Sequence record: NC_028659.1
Length of the DNA stretch: 64,000 nucleotides
Strand: one strand, 5' to 3'
Source: Klebsiella phage vB_KpnM_KB57
Positions within the stretch are counted from its first letter, which is position 1. Each line of letters starts with the position of its first letter. Below the pieces are notes generated by a model. The model was given only the letters and a program-made list of their open reading frames with translations. It was not told the origin of the DNA and searched no databases. A program made the position numbers and the translations under genes. Shown piece after piece: positions 46,632 to 55,442 of this stretch.

Positions 46632-47092
46632 TGGGATTTTATCGTAAAAAACCTGTAGAGGTTGAAGCACATAAGTTTGACGGGTCGTCAACCAGCGCAG
46701 GGCAGATCCATAATTGGATGGAAACTGGTGTGTGGAAGGATTCCGAAATCCACACTCGTGATTGTGGTCGTACTGTAGAGATAAAAACCCCAGAGGGTGT
46801 GGTTGTAGCCTCTGCTGGGGATTATGTAATTAAAGGGGTGGCTGGAGAATTCTATCCTTGCAAATCAGAAATTTTCCATGCAACATATGACCCGCTGGAA
46901 GACACTGATCGGGAACCTGGGAACTACCCAGCTAAAGCAATCCGTAAGGGTGATGAGATCATGTTTTGCGGAAAGGTTTATACCGTAACGAATACTGGTG
47001 CGATGGGGGAGGATGTTATCCTGACTCTCGGTGATGGTTCCCAAATCCCTGTGCGCCCTGATACTCAAATTATCGTAACAAAGGCACAGTAA
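46631..47092 (+). CDS. hypothetical protein
   Basis: Start at MGFYRKKP (TAATG overlap with ligase). Confidence 0.3.
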   Translation: MGFYRKKPVEVEAHKFDGSSTSAGQIHNWMETGVWKDSEIHTRDCGRTVEIKTPEGVVVASAGDYVIKGVAGEFYPCKSEIFHATYDPLEDTDREPGNYPAKAIRKGDEIMFCGKVYTVTNTGAMGEDVILTLGDGSQIPVRPDTQIIVTKAQ

Positions 47093-47093
47093 A

Positions 47094-47444
47094 ATGATCT
47101 GGTATTGGCTGGCGCTACTAGGCGCATCATTTGTAACAGGAGGCGGCATTTATGCCGCTTACAGATTCCGAAAAGATAAGTTGGATGATTTCTTTGACTG
47201 GGTTGCTGGAAAGGTTAAACGTCTGCTGATCATCTGGGTATTTGTTATGGGCCTTGTTACGCTGGCCCTTACTGTCCCATTATGGCATACTATGACTTGT
47301 CAGTTCGACGGCTGGGCCGCGAATACAGAGACCAGTTATTCATGGTACAAATCAACCTGCCTGTATAAAAGCAAGACAGGGGCATGGCTACCTTTAGGTA
47401 TCAGTCGTGATCAACCGCAAGGAGATGGTGATGCATCAAATTAA
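47094..47444 (+). CDS. membrane protein (2 TM)
   Basis: MIWYWLALLGASFVTGGGIYAAY and LLIIWVFVMGLVTLALTV hydrophobic helices. Confidence 0.35.
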   Translation: MIWYWLALLGASFVTGGGIYAAYRFRKDKLDDFFDWVAGKVKRLLIIWVFVMGLVTLALTVPLWHTMTCQFDGWAANTETSYSWYKSTCLYKSKTGAWLPLGISRDQPQGDGDASN

Positions 47445-47685
47445 AGAAAATACTGTAGATTTTGAAGCGCATATCTACGATTCTGCGATGAACGACAACT
47501 ACAGATGGTCAATTCGTCCAGATCCTGATCTGCCAGGTTCAGTTAATCTTTCTTACAATGAGTTAGCTCATTATGACAACCGTTCTCGCCAAGGCTATGA
47601 GCAGCGAGGTATGGTAGGTTTCGATAAAGAAACTTGGGAAAAAATTAAATACGCCATCGATGGTGTTTTTGAAAAAACAATTTAG
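47431..47685 (+). CDS. hypothetical protein
   Basis: ATG with GGAGATGGTG SD. Confidence 0.3.
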   Translation: MHQIKENTVDFEAHIYDSAMNDNYRWSIRPDPDLPGSVNLSYNELAHYDNRSRQGYEQRGMVGFDKETWEKIKYAIDGVFEKTI

Positions 47686-47693
47686 GAGATTTA

Positions 47694-48359
47694 ATGAAAG
47701 AAGCTTACGAAACCCTCAACTCAATGCTGCGCCCAACCTCCCTTGTTAAGTATGCGAAACATGTGGTAGATTGGAATTCTATCGCAGCTTCTGCAAAGGG
47801 TGAATTTACCCCATTGGAAAAGCAGTGGGAGTTTGTCGGAGAGGAGTTAGAAGAAACCGTTAAGGCATTAGCCGAAAATGACCGTAAGGAAGTCATTGAT
47901 GGGGCATGTGACTTGTTTGTTGTAGCGTCGTATGCTTATTGGTTGAGTAATAACCATTCACTATCCTTAAATTATAACCCTGATCTTAAGTTTTCGCTTG
48001 GTAAAGCTTTGGATGCTTTTGCGAATGAAGACTACGAAGAAATGCTTAAATTGAGCACAGCTTTGTTGTTTGGTATTGATATGCAATTGGATAAGAACAT
48101 GAGTAGCGTTCTTGAGTCTAACGATTCTAAATATCCAACACTTAACGAAGTTCAGTCTTTGCATAAAGATCTTGACTTGGTAAAAGCCCTTGAGGCAGAA
48201 TGCGCCTGTATCGAACGGCGTAACGGTGGACGTTATGAAGGTGTTCATTTCTCGATTGTTGATGGGAATATGAAAGAAGAGCCTCGTGTCGTATTCTTCG
48301 ACAAAGGTGGTAAAATCATGAAGCCTGGAACTTTCAAAAAGCCAAACATTATTGTTTGA
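47694..48359 (+). CDS. MazG-like nucleotide pyrophosphohydrolase (putative)
   Basis: WEFVGEELEETVKALAEN...EVIDGACDLFVV resembles the MazG/all-alpha NTP-PPase EExxE...D metal-binding helix pair. Confidence 0.35.
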   Translation: MKEAYETLNSMLRPTSLVKYAKHVVDWNSIAASAKGEFTPLEKQWEFVGEELEETVKALAENDRKEVIDGACDLFVVASYAYWLSNNHSLSLNYNPDLKFSLGKALDAFANEDYEEMLKLSTALLFGIDMQLDKNMSSVLESNDSKYPTLNEVQSLHKDLDLVKALEAECACIERRNGGRYEGVHFSIVDGNMKEEPRVVFFDKGGKIMKPGTFKKPNIIV

Positions 48360-48378
48360 CAATCGCATCGGGGTCTGT

Positions 48379-48636
48379 ATGATGACCCCATCAAGACAAA
48401 AGGAGAACGAAGTGGAAGAAAATATTGATTATTCTGAAATTGTTGCCTTAGCTAATCGCCTTAAAATTACCATCATGAATCGCGGGGCATCTTCCCGTCA
48501 TGTTATCCGCTTCACGATGAAGCGTCGTTGGGGCGGCGTAAAGAAATACGCTTATGAATGCACACTCGGCACACTGGTATCTCATGTCAACCAGATCGAG
48601 AGAATGGGCGGAAAAATTGTCGGCATTGACAATTGA
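48379..48636 (+). CDS. hypothetical protein
   Basis: ORF-track frame; internal ATG-ATG chosen as start. Confidence 0.25.
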   Translation: MMTPSRQKENEVEENIDYSEIVALANRLKITIMNRGASSRHVIRFTMKRRWGGVKKYAYECTLGTLVSHVNQIERMGGKIVGIDN

Positions 48637-48639
48637 AGC

Positions 48640-48668
48640 TTGACAAATAAAACTGAACGGTTATACTG
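48640..48668 (+). promoter_or_regulatory. sigma70-like promoter
   Basis: TTGACA - 16 nt - TATACT upstream of the AAAGGAG SD and ATG at 48699. Confidence 0.45.
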
Positions 48669-48698
48669 ACCACACTAAACCAAACAAAGGAGCAATAT

Positions 48699-49058
48699 AT
48701 GCCACGTATGCCAAAAATCAAAATCGAACTGATCACCTCTCTGCCGTCTGACCCAGTTCAGCGTAAACGCCTGAAAGATAGCGTAACTGAAGTGGTTGAT
48801 CTCCAGCGTCAAATCGCTGATCTGAAAGACCAGATCAAAGACATTCGCTCTGTGGAGAAAGAGACGCATAATATCTCTCCAAAATTCTTCAATAGTTTGG
48901 TGAAGCGCGAGTATGATGTTCGCTTCGAAGCCGAAAAGAAAACTGCTGCATTAGAGGCTGAAAAAGAAGTCTTCACCGAGGCAGACATTCTGTTTGGTCG
49001 TGGAACCCCAAATGTTGCACAGACTGAAGCCGATGATGGTGCTGAGGACACTGAATAA
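48699..49058 (+). CDS. hypothetical protein
   Basis: 119 aa, acidic C-terminus. Confidence 0.3.
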   Translation: MPRMPKIKIELITSLPSDPVQRKRLKDSVTEVVDLQRQIADLKDQIKDIRSVEKETHNISPKFFNSLVKREYDVRFEAEKKTAALEAEKEVFTEADILFGRGTPNVAQTEADDGAEDTE

Positions 49059-49258
49059 TGAAATACTACCTGAATGGTGTTGGCCTGTTTGTCTTCATCT
49101 GTGTCGTATTCGGGTTTGGTGTTCCAACTCTGGTGTCTGCCAAAGATACAATTAGTGTTATTGGCGGGTTTACCTTAGTCTTCACTGCCCCGGTTGTCGT
49201 GTGGTACTGGTTGCGTAAGGTCTTCATTCCGAAGATAAGCGCTGAAGGAGATCGATAA
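49058..49258 (+). CDS. small membrane protein (2 TM; holin-like topology)
   Basis: GVGLFVFICVVFGFGV and VIGGFTLVFTAPVVVWYW hydrophobic segments; 66 aa. Confidence 0.3.
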   Translation: MKYYLNGVGLFVFICVVFGFGVPTLVSAKDTISVIGGFTLVFTAPVVVWYWLRKVFIPKISAEGDR

Positions 49259-49413
49259 TGTTGCTAAATCTGAAGGCTGCAACTTGGGAAAAGTTGCAGC
49301 ACTTGGCAAAGTCCAAAGGTAAGTCTGCGGCATCTTATGTTGCAAAAATCGTAGATGACCACGTTGATGAAAACGTAAAGACTGAGTATAAAATCAAAGA
49401 GGAGAAACAAACT
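49258..49413 (+). CDS. ribbon-helix-helix (Arc/CopG-like) DNA-binding protein
   Basis: 51 aa MLLNLKAATWEKLQHLAKSKGKSAASYVAKIVDDHV: beta strand plus two helices typical of RHH; TAATG coupling. Confidence 0.4.
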
Positions 49414-49414
49414 A

Positions 49415-50305
49415 ATGCTTAAGAATATCAAACGCGTAGTATTTGCTGGTCTGATCGCCCTGGGTGCAATTGGTCTGACTGGTTGTGAACGTGCAACTGT
49501 TCCGGCGGGTTATGTGGGCGTTAAGGTTGACCTGTATGGTGATGAGAAAGGCGTTCAGCAGCAAGAAGTTGGCGTTGGTAAGTATTGGTTAACCTGGAAC
49601 GAAGAGATCTATCAGTTCCCGACGTTCAACCAGTTGAACAACTACGAACAACCGTTTAACTTCCAGACCAAAGATTCTATGACGGTTACTGCGAAGATCG
49701 GTGTTGAGTATTACGTTGACCGCTCTAAGGTTACCAAGATCTTCCAGACCTACCGTAAAGGCGTCCAGGAGATTACCGATGTCAACATTCGTCAGAATAT
49801 CTCTGATGCGTTGATCAAGGAAGCGGGTACAATGGACATTGGTACACTGGCTGGTGATGGTAAATCTCAGCTTCTGGACCGAGTGACCAAGACCCTGAAG
49901 CAGAAACTTGACCCGGTAGGTATCGTTATTGTGAAACTGTCTTACACTGATGACCTTGGTTATCCTCCTCAGGTAACTGCGTCCATCAACGCTAAGATCG
50001 AAGCGACTCAGAAAGCGCTGCTGCGTGAAAACGAAATCCAGCAGACTAAAGCTGAAGCTCAGAAACAAATTGAAGCAGCTCGCGGTGAAGCAGAATCCCA
50101 GCGACTGCAAGCTCAGGGCCAGGCAGATGCTAAAGTAGCTCTGGCAAAAGGTGAAGCAGAATCCATCCAACTGCGTGGTGATGCTCTCCGTAAGAACCCT
50201 GAAATCATGCAACTGGAAGCGATCAACAAGTGGGACGGTAAAACCCCGACCATTATGGGTGGCAACGGTGCAGTACCTTTCGTAAATCTGCCAGCAGGTA
50301 AGTAA
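49415..50305 (+). CDS. SPFH/band-7 (stomatin/HflKC-like) lipoprotein
   Basis: Lipobox LTGC after a signal peptide; band-7 core followed by a long Ala/Glu/Gln coiled-coil (EAQKQIEAARGEAESQRLQAQGQADAKVALAKGEAESIQLRG). Confidence 0.5.
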   Translation: MLKNIKRVVFAGLIALGAIGLTGCERATVPAGYVGVKVDLYGDEKGVQQQEVGVGKYWLTWNEEIYQFPTFNQLNNYEQPFNFQTKDSMTVTAKIGVEYYVDRSKVTKIFQTYRKGVQEITDVNIRQNISDALIKEAGTMDIGTLAGDGKSQLLDRVTKTLKQKLDPVGIVIVKLSYTDDLGYPPQVTASINAKIEATQKALLRENEIQQTKAEAQKQIEAARGEAESQRLQAQGQADAKVALAKGEAESIQLRGDALRKNPEIMQLEAINKWDGKTPTIMGGNGAVPFVNLPAGK

Positions 50306-50308
50306 AGG

Positions 50309-50337
50309 TTGACAAAAGGCCCGGTGATTAGTATCAT
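50309..50337 (+). promoter_or_regulatory. sigma70-like promoter
   Basis: TTGACA - 17 nt - TATCAT, about 30 nt upstream of the AAAGGAGA SD and ATG at 50368. Confidence 0.45.
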
Positions 50338-50367
50338 CGGGTCTCTACTTACAAAAGGAGATACACA

Positions 50368-50562
50368 ATGATCCGCACAAAAATTCTTATCGCAGCATTG
50401 CTGCTCTCTTCTCCGGTATTCGCAACTGTAAACACTCTCGATTTGGTTGATGAATATACCAACGGCAGCTCTAAGGTCTGCGTTTACAGCGACGGTCATC
50501 GAACAGAGACTGTAACAAAAGATGGCGCTGGTTCTTGTCCAAGTAAGAAAACATTTCATTGA
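50368..50562 (+). CDS. small secreted protein with signal peptide (64 aa)
   Basis: MIRTKILIAALLLSSPVFA signal peptide; two Cys in the mature part. Confidence 0.35.
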   Translation: MIRTKILIAALLLSSPVFATVNTLDLVDEYTNGSSKVCVYSDGHRTETVTKDGAGSCPSKKTFH

Positions 50563-50569
50563 GGGAATA

Positions 50570-51076
50570 ATGCGAGTAACTGATAAATACGTCTTTTTCT
50601 TCACTTACCGGGATATGTTCAGTAATCACTACCGCCAAGTTATTCCTATTCGTTGTGGTGGTTACGAGTTTTTCACTGTAGAACATTACATGATGTTCCA
50701 GAAGGCAATGCTCTTCGATGACAAAGAAATTGCTTCCCGTATCGCTACGGTTGATAACCCTAATGAGGCCAAAGCTCTTGGTCGTCAGGTAAAAGGTTTC
50801 GACAACAGCGTCTGGGAAGAAAATAGAATGGATATAGTGACTTCAGGTCTTGTATTGAAAATGAAGGCCAACAGATCTGTTCTCGAAGCTGCTCTTGGGC
50901 ATCGAGATGCTGGGCGTAAGTTTGTGGAAGCCTCCCCTTATGATGCCATCTGGGGTGTTAAATTAAACGAATATGACACACGTATCGATGACCCAACCAA
51001 CTGGCGTGGTTTGAATCTTCTCGGTAAGTGCTGGGAACGAGCTATTGATATTGTTGTTGCTGCAACGTGGAGGTGA
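50570..51076 (+). CDS. NADAR-domain protein (YbiA/DUF1768-like; ADP-ribose-processing glycohydrolase family)
   Basis: FFFTYRDMFSNHY...GGYEFFTVEHYMMFQKAMLFDD...WGVKL matches the YbiA-like NADAR pattern (FFxxxxxFSNF...FxSxEHYxQxxKA...WG); GAGGGAA SD. Confidence 0.5.
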   Translation: MRVTDKYVFFFTYRDMFSNHYRQVIPIRCGGYEFFTVEHYMMFQKAMLFDDKEIASRIATVDNPNEAKALGRQVKGFDNSVWEENRMDIVTSGLVLKMKANRSVLEAALGHRDAGRKFVEASPYDAIWGVKLNEYDTRIDDPTNWRGLNLLGKCWERAIDIVVAATWR

Positions 51077-51077
51077 T

Positions 51078-51515
51078 TTGAAATTAGAGATTGAACTAGT
51101 TCCAAAGACCGCGTGGTTTACTAATCTCCGATCTCGTCTCCCCAAAGCCCAGTGGGATGTTGTCAGAAAGAAGTGTTATGCTAAGGCCAATTATCGATGT
51201 GAAATCTGCGGGGGCAAAGGAACAAAACACCCTGTTGAATGCCATGAGAAGTGGAATTTCGGAGACGGTAAGATAACTCTGATAGGTCTAATCGCGCTAT
51301 GTCCTTCCTGTCATGAAGTCAAGCATATTGGTTTGGCAGGGATCCGTGGGCGTGGTGAAATTGCCCTTCGTCACTTTATGAGAGTGAATGAAGTTAGTCG
51401 CCCTGTGGCAGAGAAATATGTTAAGGAAGCGTTTGATTTGTATCATGAACGAAGCAAGCGCGAAAAGTGGGAATTGGATGTCCGGTATTTGGACGAGTAT
51501 TTGAGTAAAGATTGA
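51078..51515 (+). CDS. HNH endonuclease
   Basis: TTG start after GGAGGTGA; CEICGG...HPVECHEKWNFGD...LCPSCHEVKH HNH/Zn-finger pattern. Confidence 0.5.
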   Translation: MKLEIELVPKTAWFTNLRSRLPKAQWDVVRKKCYAKANYRCEICGGKGTKHPVECHEKWNFGDGKITLIGLIALCPSCHEVKHIGLAGIRGRGEIALRHFMRVNEVSRPVAEKYVKEAFDLYHERSKREKWELDVRYLDEYLSKD

Positions 51516-52645
51516 GAGGGCTAGTGGGATATCCGTATGATAAAGATTGGAAAAATAAAGTCACAAAAGACTGCGTATTAGCTTTGGATCTCGACCAGAC
51601 ATGCTTTGTATCAGCCGCTGGTGCTGAAAAGCGTACAATTGAGGTCACTCACATTGAGTCTGGAAGAACAAAGATTTTCAAAAACAGGACTGAGTTTTGG
51701 GGATCGACAAAGAAAGTTGTCGGTGGATGGATCAAAGACCAAAACATGAACATGGAGGCGAAGGCAAAGGCCGAAGGCCGAGTGTTTGTACCGTGGGGTA
51801 GGGATGACTTCACGATTAAAGACATTCAGGAACCGGAACCTGTAGAAAACTGCCTTCATATCCTGAAGACAAAGATCAATGCTATCTTTGAACACCTTGA
51901 GATGGAAAGCAATACAGGGATGGGTGTACTTGGTGGTGAGGGTAACTTCCGCCTTATGCTCCCAGCTCCAGAGCGTTACAAGGGTAATCGTGAGGATACA
52001 TTACGCCCACTCCTTCTTCAGGAAACAAGGGATTATGTTACCCGGAAGTATAACGCTAAGGTGATCAATGGTGTTGAAGCAGATGACTATCTGTCTGTTC
52101 TTGCTTATATGGGGTGGGAGAATTACCAGAAGACCGGGAAGTTCAACTACATCGTGGCATCGTTTGATAAAGACCAGAAAGGAAACCCTGGGCTTATCTT
52201 CGATACTATGCGCGATTCAGAAGAGAAGACATGGAAGCACCCGATCCCTATGTTGATCGACGATTCGATGGGAGAGATCTGGATGGAAGGTAGTAAGGTC
52301 AAGGGATGGGGACGTAAGTTCTTCGGTTACCAGATGCTTTGCGGTGACAGCTCAGATAACATCAAGCCTTACCAGTGTTTCGATATCGCTGGACGTTTCG
52401 GTGATACGGCGGCATTCAATCTGATCGGACACCTTCAGGATGAGAAATCCATGTGGCAAGCGATCATTAACCAGTATAAAACCTGGTTCCCGAACGGTGT
52501 TGAGTTTACTTCGTGGGACGGCACACAACGGAAAATGAGTGCAGGCCAGTGGGCATCTATCATCTTCCAGATGGTCTACATGAAACGTTCTGCAAATGAT
52601 AAGACAACCCTTTCAAGCGAGTTACGCCGTGTGGGGGTTATATGA
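51512..52645 (+). CDS. 5'-3' exonuclease / flap endonuclease (RNase H-like, FEN family)
   Basis: NGVEADDYLSVLAY (GxEADD) and LDLDQT metal-binding motifs; start may be TTG 51512 or GTG 51524. Confidence 0.5.
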   Translation: MRGLVGYPYDKDWKNKVTKDCVLALDLDQTCFVSAAGAEKRTIEVTHIESGRTKIFKNRTEFWGSTKKVVGGWIKDQNMNMEAKAKAEGRVFVPWGRDDFTIKDIQEPEPVENCLHILKTKINAIFEHLEMESNTGMGVLGGEGNFRLMLPAPERYKGNREDTLRPLLLQETRDYVTRKYNAKVINGVEADDYLSVLAYMGWENYQKTGKFNYIVASFDKDQKGNPGLIFDTMRDSEEKTWKHPIPMLIDDSMGEIWMEGSKVKGWGRKFFGYQMLCGDSSDNIKPYQCFDIAGRFGDTAAFNLIGHLQDEKSMWQAIINQYKTWFPNGVEFTSWDGTQRKMSAGQWASIIFQMVYMKRSANDKTTLSSELRRVGVI

Positions 52646-52962
52646 TTGATAACTTAATCATGCAGGCAGTTATGAGGGATGCTGAGGCGCTGGCTGTTCC
52701 CAGCGTCAAGGGTAAATTCTTAGTCGCCACAGGATTGTGGCGCATGGTTGAGTCTGGTGATGATTGCTATGTGATTTTCACTGATGACTATACTGATCCG
52801 AATGTTGCATTCACCGTATTGCTTCTGGATAATTGCGAGCTGGTAGAAGGTGAGAAGCTGTTGATGTTAACAAGCGTTTTGCTAGACACTCAAGAATTCT
52901 CGCTTGTTGTCTTCAAGGACCAAAATGACTCGGAGGTAACCGATGAAGCTGATGTCGGTTGA
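52642..52962 (+). CDS. hypothetical protein
   Basis: 106 aa. Confidence 0.25.
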   Translation: MIDNLIMQAVMRDAEALAVPSVKGKFLVATGLWRMVESGDDCYVIFTDDYTDPNVAFTVLLLDNCELVEGEKLLMLTSVLLDTQEFSLVVFKDQNDSEVTDEADVG

Positions 52963-53557
52963 TCAGAGTCTTAGCCATTGTGCTGTTGTCATATTCGATG
53001 ATGGAGTGCCTGTTTACCGGGAAATGATCAGAACAGGCTCAAACAATAGCAAGAGCAAGAAAAACAAGGATGTTATTTATTTTGACAATGTTCATGAACA
53101 GATTAGGTTCATTGTTGGCAGAATCCTTACTTTGGCTGAAGAACATCGGATTGACAAATATGTTATGGAGGCCCTTAGCCTTAGTTCTATCGGCAGCGCC
53201 ACTCGGGATTTGGCTGGTCTGTTCTACTGTATTGTGTACGGGTTGTATCAGTCAGCAATTTTGGGGTATCAAGCGATCCATACTGTAGCCCCTACCTCTG
53301 TGAAGGCTTATGCCAGAGCACTTTTGCCTGAATCAGAACGCACAGTTGTTAAAGAAAAGGTTGACAAAAAGACCGGGAAAAAGGTATACTCAACAGGTCA
53401 GGTTAAAATGGAAAAATCGCACATGGTGAGAGCAGTAGATTGTGATTTTCCAGGTTGGCTTGATGGAATGACTCTTGCCGCCGGAAAGGCTGACTACGCA
53501 GATGCATATTTGATAGGGAAGAAGTTCTTGGAGGATATATCCGTAGGAAAAGAATAA
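52943..53557 (+). CDS. RuvC-like Holliday junction resolvase (putative)
   Basis: N-terminal MKLMSVDQSLSHCAVVIFDD resembles the RuvC/A22 catalytic Asp region; 204 aa. Confidence 0.3.
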   Translation: MKLMSVDQSLSHCAVVIFDDGVPVYREMIRTGSNNSKSKKNKDVIYFDNVHEQIRFIVGRILTLAEEHRIDKYVMEALSLSSIGSATRDLAGLFYCIVYGLYQSAILGYQAIHTVAPTSVKAYARALLPESERTVVKEKVDKKTGKKVYSTGQVKMEKSHMVRAVDCDFPGWLDGMTLAAGKADYADAYLIGKKFLEDISVGKE

Positions 53558-53625
53558 AGAGTCGAGCATCCAAACCAAAAGCAAGGAAGAAGCCAGTAGT
53601 TGTACCATTAACACCGGAACTTTGG

Positions 53626-54096
53626 GTGAAAGATGCAAAGCAGATTGCTGCTTTCAGAAACAAATTGATTCTGGAGCAGCAAGGGTTAGATCCTATACTC
53701 GGCGAGCCACTTCGCAAACCGTGCTTGGATCATGACCACTTCGAAGGTAAATGCAGAGGTGTCCTTAGTCAGTGCGTGAATACTTTTGAGGGATATGTCC
53801 TGAAGGCTTGGATGAAGTACGTTTCAGAGAATACTCAGACGTCGTTATCCACCGCTCTTAGAAATTTGGCAGATTACTTAGAGCAAGACTTCAGTGGCTA
53901 TCCGCTTCACGGCGGGTTTAAGAACGATATGTTGAAGTTTTTGAGAAGATGCACCAACGAGAAGATAATTGAAAGAGCTAAGGCAGACCTTGGCATAATT
54001 ATCCCCGAAGGTACTCAGAAACAAGACAGCCTCTTGCTATACCTTACAGAGTTCGTCAAGCAGACGGAGGAAAAACATGCCAAAGAAACCACTTAA
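53626..54096 (+). CDS. endonuclease VII-like (T4 gp49 family) nuclease
   Basis: CLDHDHFEGKCRGVLSQCVN matches the Endo VII signature DHDH...RGxLCxxCN. Confidence 0.5.
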   Translation: MKDAKQIAAFRNKLILEQQGLDPILGEPLRKPCLDHDHFEGKCRGVLSQCVNTFEGYVLKAWMKYVSENTQTSLSTALRNLADYLEQDFSGYPLHGGFKNDMLKFLRRCTNEKIIERAKADLGIIIPEGTQKQDSLLLYLTEFVKQTEEKHAKETT

Positions 54097-54280
54097 GTTC
54101 TTTTACAGAAATTGGCGAGGTAAGTGCGGATATCGTACTGTAGAAGAACCCGTCATGTGGTATGGGTCTACCCAGTATCACAAGAACTCTCAATGGTTTA
54201 TTAGAGGTTATGATCTCGATAAACAAGACTTTAGAGATTTCGCTGTGAATGATATCATTGAATTCGTCCGAGAGGTGTAA
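54077..54280 (+). CDS. hypothetical protein
   Basis: 67 aa. Confidence 0.25.
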   Translation: MPKKPLKFFYRNWRGKCGYRTVEEPVMWYGSTQYHKNSQWFIRGYDLDKQDFRDFAVNDIIEFVREV

Positions 54281-55221
54281 TGCTACCTGTAGATAAAAAG
54301 ATTATAGAACTTCATGAAAGCGGAATGAGTAACCGTGAAATTGCTCGCACATTCCTTGGAAAAGAGTCGAGAGAGTCATACATCCGTTTGGTTCTTAAGC
54401 GTCATAGCGCAGAGTCTACGCCTTTGACAAAGTCCTTAGTATCTGATTATAAGAAAGCTAAAATCCTGTTCTTAGACATCGAGACCGCGCCGCTGAAGGG
54501 ACATCTCTGGAGTCTTTGGCAGAACGGGATTGGATTGAACCAGCTGGTTTCTGACTGGTACATGCTATCTTTCGTAGCCAAATGGGCTGATCAGGACGAG
54601 GTCATTTATCGCGATATCCGTGATAACTACGATAAGGAAAGTGATGCATCTATCCTTCAAGACCTGTGGGATTTGCTTGATGAAGCGGATTTTGTTGTTG
54701 GGCATAATGTCCGTAAGTTCGACATTAAGAAGGTCAATGCTCGTTTCCTGTTGAATGGAATGGATAAGCCGTCAACTTTCCGTATTATCGATACCATGCT
54801 TATTGCCAAAGCCCTGTTTGGATTCACCTCCAACAAGCTGGAATACTTGACAGATCGCCTGTGTACGAAATACAAGAAGTCTAAGCATACCAAGTTCCCA
54901 GGACATCTCCTGTGGGATGAGTGCCTGAAAGGCAACCCTGAAGCTTGGGATGAGATGGAAGAGTATAACAAGTTCGACGTTTTATCGAACCAAGAGTTGT
55001 ACGAAATCTTCATGCCTTGGGATTCTCGTCTGCCTAACTTCGATCTGTATGTTGATGGTGTTCTGGATATGAGTGAGTGGATCGAGGATGGCTTCCATTA
55101 CACCAACCTTGGCAAGTACCAACGTTACCGTCACAAGGTCACCGGGCAACAGCGCCGTGGGAGAACAAACCTTCTCTCGAAAGAGAAACGAGCGCAACTG
55201 CTATCAAATATTTTGGTTTAA
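54280..55221 (+). CDS. DnaQ-like 3'-5' exonuclease with N-terminal HTH
   Basis: HTH ESGMSNREIARTF; Exo I ILFLDIETAP, Exo II VGHNVRKFDI, Exo III YNKFDV. Confidence 0.5.
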   Translation: MLPVDKKIIELHESGMSNREIARTFLGKESRESYIRLVLKRHSAESTPLTKSLVSDYKKAKILFLDIETAPLKGHLWSLWQNGIGLNQLVSDWYMLSFVAKWADQDEVIYRDIRDNYDKESDASILQDLWDLLDEADFVVGHNVRKFDIKKVNARFLLNGMDKPSTFRIIDTMLIAKALFGFTSNKLEYLTDRLCTKYKKSKHTKFPGHLLWDECLKGNPEAWDEMEEYNKFDVLSNQELYEIFMPWDSRLPNFDLYVDGVLDMSEWIEDGFHYTNLGKYQRYRHKVTGQQRRGRTNLLSKEKRAQLLSNILV

Positions 55222-55256
55222 CTTTAAGGGCTTCGGCCCTTTGCAAAGGAGATTCT

Positions 55257-55442
55257 ATGGGAAGAGAAATTGTTGTTAAAGTTCCTGATGCCGCAGATGA
55301 TGATTGGCTGCGAGAGCAGATCGAATCCTTACGTGTAAGGATCGAGGCTGTTGTAGAGGTTGAGGATAACGAAGAAAGCTTTAATAAGTTAGGGGCTTGC
55401 CTTGACATCATTGATGCACTTCAACAGTATACGGGGTACTAA
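55257..55442 (+). CDS. small acidic hypothetical protein
   Basis: AAGGAGATTCT SD; 61 aa. Confidence 0.3.
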   Translation: MGREIVVKVPDAADDDWLREQIESLRVRIEAVVEVEDNEESFNKLGACLDIIDALQQYTGY

